From: an uncultured Flammeovirgaceae bacterium
Lineage (GTDB): Bacteria; Bacteroidota; Bacteroidia; Cytophagales; MED-G16
Assembly (NCBI GenBank): GCA_913046795.1
Contig: CAJWTC010000003.1
Span: forward strand, 1 to 58,601
Length of the DNA stretch: 58,601 nt
Direction of reading: 5' to 3'
Below the pieces are notes generated by a model. The model saw nothing but the letters and a program-made list of their open reading frames with translations, was not told where the DNA came from and did not search any database. The translations under genes and the position numbers were made by a program. Shown piece after piece: positions 50,698 to 58,601 of this stretch (the first letter of the stretch is position 1; every line of letters begins with the position of its first letter).

Positions 50698-51288
50698 ATG
50701 TCTTTTCTTGTAGGTATTACAGGTGGCATTGGATCCGGCAAAACAACGGTTTCCAATATCTTTTTCCATTTAGGTTATAAAGTATATAACTCAGATGATA
50801 GAGCAAAGTATCTCATGGAGAGAGACAGTGATATGGTAGAAAAAATTACAGATCTTTTAGGGGACTCTGCTTATAAAAAAGGCTTTTTAAATAAAAAATT
50901 AATATCAGAATCAATATATAATAATAATAATCTTAGGGAAAAAATAAATGCAATAGTTCACCCAATAACAATTAATGATTTTAATCAATGGGTTAATGAA
51001 AACCCTGATGATATACTTATAAAAGAGTCGGCACTGATATATCAGACAAGTTCATACAAGGAATTGGATTGCATCATATGTGTCAAAGCAGACCAAGACA
51101 TAAGAATAAAAAGGATATTAAGTAGAGATAAACACAGAAATGAGGAGGATATTATGCAAATCATGAGGAGCCAGGTTATAAATAATAAAGGAGATTTTAA
51201 ATCTCATTATATTATTGAAAATAATGGCAAGGATTTACTTCTACCAAAGGTCATAGATATAGTTGAAGAGATAAAATCAAAAGTTTAA
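50698..51288 (+). CDS. coaE: Dephospho-CoA kinase
   Basis: GITGGIGSGKT, IVHP and R...RD motifs. Confidence 0.96.
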   Translation: MSFLVGITGGIGSGKTTVSNIFFHLGYKVYNSDDRAKYLMERDSDMVEKITDLLGDSAYKKGFLNKKLISESIYNNNNLREKINAIVHPITINDFNQWVNENPDDILIKESALIYQTSSYKELDCIICVKADQDIRIKRILSRDKHRNEEDIMQIMRSQVINNKGDFKSHYIIENNGKDLLLPKVIDIVEEIKSKV

Positions 51289-51354
51289 TTAATAAGAAAA
51301 CTTCAAGTAAATATATTTGTATACATTAGTAACATCACTCTAAATAAATTGATC

Positions 51355-51891
51355 ATGAAAAAACTTAGCCTTTACTTATTAGCACTAACTCTAATTATTT
51401 CTTCTTGCGGGCCTTCCTCACAAGAAAAGAAAATATTAGATGATGAAGAACAGCTTCAAAAAGATATTGCCATGTACAAAGAAACATGGTCTTTATTCTT
51501 AGCTGGTGACCCTAGTGTAATTAACTCAGAGAGGTTTCATGAAGATGTAGTCATAGTGACTCCTCAGGGAGATCTTGTAGGACTAGAAGCTTGTAAAAAT
51601 TTTTACATGAATTATGTAACAGGATTTTCAGATTTAGAATTCAAGATACTTGAAGTTTTAGGTCAAGGGAATAGGCTTGTAAAACACTGGAATTTTAAGG
51701 GTACACATACGGGTCCAGCATTTGGATTGCCAGCAACAGGAAATAAATTAGATTTATCTGGGACAACTCTTGTGACAATGAAGGATGGGAGGATAGCAAA
51801 AGAACAAGACTTTTTTGACGTTACTCAGATGCTTAATAAACTTACTACTGGTGATGTGAATGCGGATGCATCTAATCCAGGAGTGTTATAG
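51355..51891 (+). CDS. SnoaL-like ester cyclase family lipoprotein
   Basis: Lipobox ISSC and HWNFKGTHTG..FGLPATG...G. Start at ATG 51355. Confidence 0.85.
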   Translation: MKKLSLYLLALTLIISSCGPSSQEKKILDDEEQLQKDIAMYKETWSLFLAGDPSVINSERFHEDVVIVTPQGDLVGLEACKNFYMNYVTGFSDLEFKILEVLGQGNRLVKHWNFKGTHTGPAFGLPATGNKLDLSGTTLVTMKDGRIAKEQDFFDVTQMLNKLTTGDVNADASNPGVL

Positions 51892-51892
51892 T

Positions 51893-52612
51893 CTATTCTA
51901 GAACCTGATTAATTTCACTTTCAAGATCTTCTAATATAATAACATATAGTTTTAGAAAATTTAACTTATACTCTAGATATCTCTTTACCATTGTAAAGTT
52001 TGCTTTTAGTTTGATGTCTTTTTCAATTGCATCACTTAGTATCCTTATGTATTCTTTCATTGATATATTATCATCATCTCTAGCTATGATTGTATTTGGA
52101 TGGTTCTGTGCAATAAAAGGAAGAAAACTTTGCTTTAGTTGCTTTTCGTACTCTACTGTTGTCTCAACATAAGAAAATGAGGTATTATGAAGCCTACTTA
52201 ATACTTCTTTTATTTTATTAGATTTTACAAATCTCAAGTCTCCAGAATTAATTATGGAGTAGTACCTGTTCATTGGTGGTTCGAAAACTCTGTATATTAC
52301 AAGGAATGTTTCAATTCGACTTTTACTAGTTGTAATCTTAAGTATTGAGTCAATTCTAGAATTTATATTTTGCGGGGTCAGTAATAGACTGAGAAGATTT
52401 AGGTCTGTCTCCCACGTATTCTCTCTCTCATTTGTATAATTTCTTATCTCTTGAATTTCCATCATTAGACTATTTAGTACCTTAACTCTTTCACCCTCAT
52501 TCTGGTTATCAATAGATATTTCATTTAGCCAAAAAGACACGCTAATACCAAGAACAATCACGATAAATTCAAAAGAATATTTTATTATATATTTCTTGTC
52601 AATTTTAATCAT
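51893..52612 (-). CDS. Hypothetical protein with N-terminal membrane anchor (DUF6090-like)
   Basis: KY..EFIVIVLGISVSFWLNE N-terminus and YYSIINSG motif. Confidence 0.65.
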   Translation of the reverse strand: MIKIDKKYIIKYSFEFIVIVLGISVSFWLNEISIDNQNEGERVKVLNSLMMEIQEIRNYTNERENTWETDLNLLSLLLTPQNINSRIDSILKITTSKSRIETFLVIYRVFEPPMNRYYSIINSGDLRFVKSNKIKEVLSRLHNTSFSYVETTVEYEKQLKQSFLPFIAQNHPNTIIARDDDNISMKEYIRILSDAIEKDIKLKANFTMVKRYLEYKLNFLKLYVIILEDLESEINQVLE

Positions 52613-52639
52613 CTTAATATTTCTCAGTTAAATTTGAAT

Positions 52640-53788
52640 ATGAGAAGTTACTTAAATATTTTCATTTTTATTCTTTTAGTGTCTTCGTGTTCAGAAGAGG
52701 AGGAGATCACTTACGGAGTATCTGAGCCTGAAATAAATCCAAACACTGGTTCATCAGATAATTACGTAAAGGATATACTCAAAGAAAAAAATTATGATAT
52801 AAATAAATTTTTTGTTGGTGCAGCACTAAATACAAACCAGCTTAACACATACGTTGAGAATATTTTTCTTAAGGAGTTCAATTACTCGACTGTTGAGAAT
52901 AGCGCAAAGCAGACTATAGTTCATCCTGAACCAGGTGTGTGGAAATGGGATAGGTTAGATTCCTATTTAGGCTTTATAGAAAGAAATGATATAACTTCAC
53001 GAATTCATGGCCCAGTCGGACCTCAAAGTTCAAAGTGGGCTAAAAACGATTCAAGAACGGGGCAGGAGCTTATGGAAAATATGAGTGAGTATATGACTGA
53101 ATTAGCAAAAAAAATAAACCTTATTAATTCTGTGAAGTGGATGGATGTTGTTAATGAGACAATAACTACTAGTGGGCAGTGGCATGGGGAAAGGGAAGGT
53201 GATGACAAGTGGGAGAATCCATGGAAGCAGATTGGTATGAATGAGGACGGGGTCCCTCTTTACATCTGTAAAGCTTTTGAGTTGGCTGACGAGAATGCCA
53301 AAAATGTTAAACTTATTTTTAATCAGCATGGAGGCATGGAGGTTGCTATGTGGAACAAGGTAAAGGAGACTGTGCTCTATCTAATAGAAAAGGGTTATAG
53401 GGTTGATGGGTTAGGTTGGCAAGGACATTTAAGAGACGATAAAAAATTATCATTAAATAAAAACAGTTTAGAATATTTGTCCAGTCTTATTGACTGGACT
53501 CACCAGAATGGTTTAGAATTCCATGTGACCGAGATTGATTACGCAATAAATGAGGATCCCCCAACAACAAATTCTTTATACAGACAATCTCATGGTTACG
53601 CAAATATTTTGAAACTCCTTATATCTAAAAAAGACAATGGTGTGGTTACTTATAGTTCATGGGGAGTTACAGATAAAACAAATGAACACAAATTTTTATT
53701 TACAGAAGATTTTCAACCTAAACCGGCTATATTGAAAATAAGAGAGACGCTTGATAGTGAGAGTATGGATTTAGTTTACCTTGACTGA
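52640..53788 (+). CDS. Glycoside hydrolase family 10 (endo-1,4-beta-xylanase-like) lipoprotein
   Basis: Lipobox VSSC, EN..K, WMDVVNE (acid/base), VDGLGWQGH and FHVTEID (nucleophile). Start at ATG 52640. Confidence 0.88.
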   Translation: MRSYLNIFIFILLVSSCSEEEEITYGVSEPEINPNTGSSDNYVKDILKEKNYDINKFFVGAALNTNQLNTYVENIFLKEFNYSTVENSAKQTIVHPEPGVWKWDRLDSYLGFIERNDITSRIHGPVGPQSSKWAKNDSRTGQELMENMSEYMTELAKKINLINSVKWMDVVNETITTSGQWHGEREGDDKWENPWKQIGMNEDGVPLYICKAFELADENAKNVKLIFNQHGGMEVAMWNKVKETVLYLIEKGYRVDGLGWQGHLRDDKKLSLNKNSLEYLSSLIDWTHQNGLEFHVTEIDYAINEDPPTTNSLYRQSHGYANILKLLISKKDNGVVTYSSWGVTDKTNEHKFLFTEDFQPKPAILKIRETLDSESMDLVYLD

Positions 53789-54225
53789 TGAAAAAATTAT
53801 ATGTAATATTATTTCTGATAGTACCATTATCAGATACCTTCTCTCAGCAAGGTGTTTTCCTTACTGGAAGGGATAGTATTAAATTAAAGAAATTGGGTGT
53901 TGACCTTTTCCAAGATGGAATTACTATTAATAAATTTCAATTAGAAAATATTTTCTATCATGATAGAAGATATAAGGTCAACAAAGCATTTAACATTTTT
54001 TTTAAGGTAATAGCTGCTCCTTATGCAGTTTTAGGAGTTGCGTCATTTGCCTCAATTGGGAGAACTACTCCTGGTTGGAGAGGGTTAAATGTTTTAGCAG
54101 GTGTGGTTGGATTAGGGTTTGGAGGTGTAGGTTATGGTATATCAAGACCTTTTAGAAGAGGTTCTTTAAAAAATAAGTTTTTAAGAGATAGGATGATTCA
54201 AAAAATTCTAAAGGAAGCCAATTAG
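53788..54225 (+). CDS. Hypothetical membrane protein
   Basis: Signal peptide and two Gly-rich hydrophobic segments; coupled to the GH10 stop (TGATG). Confidence 0.75.
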   Translation: MKKLYVILFLIVPLSDTFSQQGVFLTGRDSIKLKKLGVDLFQDGITINKFQLENIFYHDRRYKVNKAFNIFFKVIAAPYAVLGVASFASIGRTTPGWRGLNVLAGVVGLGFGGVGYGISRPFRRGSLKNKFLRDRMIQKILKEAN

Positions 54226-54233
54226 TTTATAAA

Positions 54234-55025
54234 ATGTGGTTTAGATATATTTTATTATTTTTTATTTTCTCATGTAAGGAATTGAATTTAGATAGTTTTG
54301 ATTTCACTCAGCATGTTGACTCTCATAATCTTAGGATATTTGGTAAGTCAGATGTCTCACCAGAATTCTTAGATAAAGTTGCTCAGTCATACGATGCTAT
54401 GTTTGAGATAAATTCAAAAATAGATGAGTCAATGAGGGAAGATTATCTTTCTACTACTAAAGATAAAAATGTGTATCAGCGTGTAGGTCTTGAGTCCTCA
54501 TTTCAAAAAAATGAGGGGTATGCTGATAAAGGAAATGTTCCCAGTCCATACAGACATAATTGTACAGATTTTATATGGGAGGAAAAGAGGGGAGGTGAGA
54601 GGCAAATCAACGAAGTTATAGAACATCTGCTTCACACTGTTACCGCTGTAATTTTAAACCTTACTTATAAAAACGATTGGGATTATAATAATTCCTCATC
54701 AAGATTAAGGATGGCAATGCAAGAAGCTATCGACAAGGGAATATATGACGTTTCTTCCTACGATGATATGAAGGGAGACAAGGAGGGGTATAATCATGTT
54801 ACAACTCAAGAGTACGCATACTGGCTAGTATTAGCAGAGTGGAATTATTTTGAGCCAACGGGAAATAAGAAACAAGGTCTATCGGGTAATGATGAATTTA
54901 AACTAGGGTTACCAGAAGAGATAGCTTCCGAACTTCCAATAGGTCATCAGCTCTACAAAGATTATGTAGAGAAAATATTGAGTGTTCCTGATAAAGATTT
55001 AATAGTTTCTCTCTTTCCTAAATAA
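54234..55025 (+). CDS. Hypothetical lipoprotein with zincin-like EHxxH motif
   Basis: Lipobox IFSC, EVIEHLLHT and downstream QEYAYW. Confidence 0.7.
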   Translation: MWFRYILLFFIFSCKELNLDSFDFTQHVDSHNLRIFGKSDVSPEFLDKVAQSYDAMFEINSKIDESMREDYLSTTKDKNVYQRVGLESSFQKNEGYADKGNVPSPYRHNCTDFIWEEKRGGERQINEVIEHLLHTVTAVILNLTYKNDWDYNNSSSRLRMAMQEAIDKGIYDVSSYDDMKGDKEGYNHVTTQEYAYWLVLAEWNYFEPTGNKKQGLSGNDEFKLGLPEEIASELPIGHQLYKDYVEKILSVPDKDLIVSLFPK

Positions 55026-55030
55026 GATTA

Positions 55031-55534
55031 CTACTCAGACTCGTGAGGTTTCCTCTCGTACACAAAAACCTTTTTTATTCTGCTGTCAACAATTTGTGCA
55101 TCTACTACTCTCTGTACCTTAGTACTTGACTCTCCCTCACCAGTTATAACATCTAAGGTTGTAGTTACCCAGTTCTCTGATGGTTTACTCTCGAACTGTA
55201 TCTCCTGAGAAACAGACCATAGAATATCCCACCTCACACTGCTATTCGCGTCAAGAAATTGTTGTGATAGCTCTTTGTGTTTGTCTCTCCCCTCTATCAT
55301 CATACCATTAGGAGCGTAAAGTATAATATCATCATGTTCAAGTGCGTACACAGATTCTAAATCTCTATTGTTGTAGGCGTCAAAAAATTTCTCTATCACA
55401 TCGGTTGATGAAAGATTACCTACAGTAATAGCCACTTTTTTTGATTCCTCAATTTCGTAGCCTATCTTCTGAGTATCAGATGTAGCACAAGCATTTAAGA
55501 TAATTAGGGATATAAATAGAAGTAATTTTTTCAT
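55031..55534 (-). CDS. NTF2/SnoaL-like lipoprotein
   Basis: Lipobox LNAC and FFDAYNNRDL...DII...PNG..IEG pattern. Confidence 0.72.
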   Translation of the reverse strand: MKKLLLFISLIILNACATSDTQKIGYEIEESKKVAITVGNLSSTDVIEKFFDAYNNRDLESVYALEHDDIILYAPNGMMIEGRDKHKELSQQFLDANSSVRWDILWSVSQEIQFESKPSENWVTTTLDVITGEGESSTKVQRVVDAQIVDSRIKKVFVYERKPHESE

Positions 55535-55560
55535 TGATTAGAATTTTATTTTATTTAAAA

Positions 55561-56577
55561 TTAATTTTTTAATTTGATTCTGAACACCTTAGGGTTGTTA
55601 ACAAACCCTGTAGCGTAGAGGTACTCCTCGTTATTGTCAAATACGCAATTTGTTATGGGACCAAAATCAATTTTACCAAGCTTTTTACCTTCTGGAGAGA
55701 TAACTAGTAGTCCGCCAGGGCCTGAGGTAAATATATTTCCAGATGAGTGAACTTTCATCCCATCAAAATTTCCTTCGTCTTCCTGCGGTAACTCTGCACC
55801 ATCAAAAAGAGTTGTCATCTCCATGCTCTCAAGGTTTATTTTTAATATTTTTCTACTCCCATCTATAAAAGCCATCTTATTCACATACAGGGTCTTCTCA
55901 TCTGGAGATAGAGCAATCCCATTTGGTAAGTCTATCTGATCTGTGACAAGAGATAATTCTTCTGTGTTAACGTTATATCTAAATACTCCATTAAAGTTTA
56001 AATCTTTTAATTCTGATTCAACAAATTGAAAGGTTTCAAGATTAAAGAAACCAAAAGCGGGATCAGTGAAGTAGATGTCTCCGTTGCTAGCATAAGTAAG
56101 ATCGTTTGGGCTATTAAATCTTCCACCTTCGTAGTTGTCAACTATGGTAGTGAAACTTGGTGATGTAGTTGAGGCATTTTCTATTTTTGCTAATCTCCTA
56201 TCTCCGTGTTGGCAGATGATGATGTCACCGTTTTCATCGATATATAAACCATTTGCCCCTAAGAGTCCTAAGTCAATATTTGGTGCATAACCTGTATTTC
56301 CACTAGGTGAAATATACTCTCTTGTTCCCTCTTCTTCATTCCACTTGTAAAGTTTGTTCCCCATTACATCTACAAAAAGAAGAGAGTTTGAAGCCTTGTC
56401 CCATACCGGCCCCTCAGGTAGAGAGATAGAGTCTGCTAACTCTTCAATTTCAGAATATATGTCAATTATTTCTAATACCGAATCGTCATAGATTTCTATT
56501 TTAGCGTTAGGATTCTTTTCAGGTGAAGAGCATGATATAAATAAGATTAGAAAGTAAATAAGTGAAAAGTGCTTCAT
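55561..56577 (-). CDS. SMP-30/gluconolactonase family lipoprotein
   Basis: EGPVW, NSPNDL, FTDP, PNGIALSPD and DGMKV motifs. Likely start ATG 56577 (MKHFSLIYFLILFISC). Confidence 0.9.
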   Translation of the reverse strand: MKHFSLIYFLILFISCSSPEKNPNAKIEIYDDSVLEIIDIYSEIEELADSISLPEGPVWDKASNSLLFVDVMGNKLYKWNEEEGTREYISPSGNTGYAPNIDLGLLGANGLYIDENGDIIICQHGDRRLAKIENASTTSPSFTTIVDNYEGGRFNSPNDLTYASNGDIYFTDPAFGFFNLETFQFVESELKDLNFNGVFRYNVNTEELSLVTDQIDLPNGIALSPDEKTLYVNKMAFIDGSRKILKINLESMEMTTLFDGAELPQEDEGNFDGMKVHSSGNIFTSGPGGLLVISPEGKKLGKIDFGPITNCVFDNNEEYLYATGFVNNPKVFRIKLKN

Positions 56578-56739
56578 GATTTTTATTTTTAATTTAGGCG
56601 ATACTATTATTAAAAGCAAAATAGGAATTAATTTATTTAAATATCTAATATTTAAATTTTTCAATGTTGTTTAAATAAAAAAATGAGTTTTTCAGACTAT
56701 TTTTTTTGCATTTAGGATTTAAAATTCTAGATTGATGTT

Positions 56740-58362
56740 GTGAGGTTGCTTTCAATTATACTATTAATTTTTGTTTTTATTTCTTGCGCAGAGGAAACAT
56801 CTGAGTTATTATCACAATATACTTTATCGACTCAGATTATACCAACAGAAGGAGGCAGTGTATCTCCAGAAGATGGTGAGTTTAACGGAGGTACCCAAAT
56901 CTCTGTTGAGGCAACACCTAATCAGTACTATGAATTTGTTAAGTGGGGGGGTGACGGAAATGGAAGTGGAAGTAATCCGATCGGTTTAACCGTAAACTCT
57001 AATATAAAGTTGATTGCGGAATTTGACAAAAATGATGATGATGAGGATGGGATACTAGATCTAGAAGATTTATGTTCAAATACTTTGGCTGGTGATTTGG
57101 TTGATTCTAGTGGTTGCTCTGATTCTCAGAAGGACACACTATCTCTTACCTTAAATTCAGAATATGCTAACTTATCAAATGCCAATGTTGTTACTTGTGG
57201 AATTTTTGCAATATGGTGGGATAAGAACTTCGATCATAATCACTTATCAGAGTCAGATGTTACCTGTGAGTATTTAAAAGAAGTTAGAGAGAGGTCTCTG
57301 AATCAGTTGAACATGTTTGATCCTCCAAATTTGGATGCGGGATATTATGTTAATATCTATATTCACCATGAAGAAGATATTTTTCCATCATACTGGGGTA
57401 ATGGAGTAGGAACTGATTCATATGGTGTCCCTTACTGGGCAACAGGTCATGGTGGAGCTGTCGAAGCACCCAACGTATTTCATGAAGGGTTTCATATCTT
57501 CCAGTACAACCAAAATTCACCAGGATTTAGGTATACTGGAGATGGCATGTGGTATACTGAAGCTACTGCCCAATGGTTTGCTTTTACATATACCGAACAA
57601 AATGATAATTCCATTGTAGAAGCTGCATCACTAGTGATGAACCCACAAATAACTCTATGGCATAGTTTCCAGAATAGGGCTCCTAATGATCCAGTTACCT
57701 GGTTATATGAGGTAAGACAATATTCGATGCACGGCTATCTATATTACCTAACTGACATAGAAGGAGTAGACCCAAAATATATTACTAGTGGTTTCTCGGA
57801 GAATGTTCAGATTACTCCCCAACAATACCATTACGAAAAAATTGGGGGATCAAACTTACGTAGATACTTTGGAAATTGGGCTGCTGCTAATACATCTGAT
57901 TTGAGTTACCTTACAAGAGGTCAGGTAGCTAGGGCCTATCAAGAAGTTAATGGTTTAATTAATGCCGGTGTTACATCTGCAGATTATATAAACACTTACG
58001 CAATTGAAATTGATGCAAACGACTTAAAAAGTTCATATGAGCCACCTCCTGAACTAAGACCTAGGAGTTGGGCATATAATGTTATTAAAGTCATCAACTC
58101 TGCTAATAAAACTTTTGAAATAAACTTTTCTGGTTCTGAAAAGGGCTCACAGGGTGCAAACTCTTACTTTGAGAATAGAATTGTTACCAAGTCTGGAGAT
58201 ACATATTCTACAACAGATTTCAATTTAGATAATGGTCTATCTGGAAAGAAAACAATATCACTTTCCAATGACGAAGATGAATTTTACATTGTAGTCTCAT
58301 CTGTTCCTGAACAGTTTTCTGGAAATCAGAATTATAATTATTCTATTTCATTAGTCGAGTGA
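56740..58362 (+). CDS. Multidomain lipoprotein: InlB B-repeat-like domain, TSP3-like Ca-binding repeat and HExxH metallopeptidase-like (DUF6055-like) domain
   Basis: Lipobox FISC; GGSVSP..ATPN..YEFVKW; DDDEDGILD..DLC..T...VDSSGC; HEGFH followed by WYTEATA. Confidence 0.75.
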   Translation: MRLLSIILLIFVFISCAEETSELLSQYTLSTQIIPTEGGSVSPEDGEFNGGTQISVEATPNQYYEFVKWGGDGNGSGSNPIGLTVNSNIKLIAEFDKNDDDEDGILDLEDLCSNTLAGDLVDSSGCSDSQKDTLSLTLNSEYANLSNANVVTCGIFAIWWDKNFDHNHLSESDVTCEYLKEVRERSLNQLNMFDPPNLDAGYYVNIYIHHEEDIFPSYWGNGVGTDSYGVPYWATGHGGAVEAPNVFHEGFHIFQYNQNSPGFRYTGDGMWYTEATAQWFAFTYTEQNDNSIVEAASLVMNPQITLWHSFQNRAPNDPVTWLYEVRQYSMHGYLYYLTDIEGVDPKYITSGFSENVQITPQQYHYEKIGGSNLRRYFGNWAAANTSDLSYLTRGQVARAYQEVNGLINAGVTSADYINTYAIEIDANDLKSSYEPPPELRPRSWAYNVIKVINSANKTFEINFSGSEKGSQGANSYFENRIVTKSGDTYSTTDFNLDNGLSGKKTISLSNDEDEFYIVVSSVPEQFSGNQNYNYSISLVE

Positions 58363-58442
58363 ATCTTATACTTTCCGATTAAAAAAAGTAAAAAAATTTA
58401 AACTTGAAGTAGATATACTTACTAATTTTTTAGGGTCTTATT

Positions 58443-58601
58443 CTAAGGAAGTTTAAACAAATCTTCCACATTACATTTAAGTGTCTTTGCAATCTTCAAT
58501 GCTAGAACAGTGGATGGGACATAGATCCCATTTTCAATTGCATTGATACTTTTTCTTGAAACTCCAGCACTCTCAGATAATTCTTGCTGAGTTAGTCCAG
58601 C
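58443..58601 (-). CDS. XRE-family helix-turn-helix transcriptional regulator, 5'-truncated by the window edge
   Basis: Manual translation: AGLTQQELSESAGVSRKSINAIENGIYVPSTVLALKIAKTLKCNVEDLFKLP*. Confidence 0.9.
   Translation of the reverse strand, partial: AGLTQQELSESAGVSRKSINAIENGIYVPSTVLALKIAKTLKCNVEDLFKLP

Overview
AT-rich, very tightly packed bacterial chromosomal segment, with many overlapping or abutting genes. Gene content, gene order and TTTG-N19-TAnnTTTG promoters indicate Bacteroidota, most likely a streamlined marine Cytophagales-like organism (inference). About 1-51.3 kb is mostly housekeeping: bamA (partial), uppS, nadK, pdxJ, xerC, rpsU, purM, tRNA-Phe, nusA-infB, cysS, aroC, queG, ruvB, nrdBA, rplU-rpmA, rnr, lipB, htpG, truA, nusB, yajC and coaE. 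From 51.3 kb to the end is an accessory block rich in lipoproteins (GH10 glycanase, lactonase, SnoaL-like proteins, metallopeptidase-like proteins) ending in a partial XRE regulator. No CRISPR array, rRNA, intact transposase or prophage was seen. The most notable observations are: (1) a long-form NagB fused in frame to an extra ~75-aa basic N-terminal domain resembling an integrase arm-type DNA-binding domain, with two identical 15-bp palindrome-containing sites at and 55 bp upstream of its start codon; (2) an nrdBA leader with four mutually exclusive pairing segments arranged like an attenuator; (3) a terminator-like hairpin in the nusA leader, with rimP absent; (4) apparently foreign cysS and dld genes; (5) a GGY/GGM tandem repeat in a predicted BamA surface loop. 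All family assignments come from motif recognition, not database searches.
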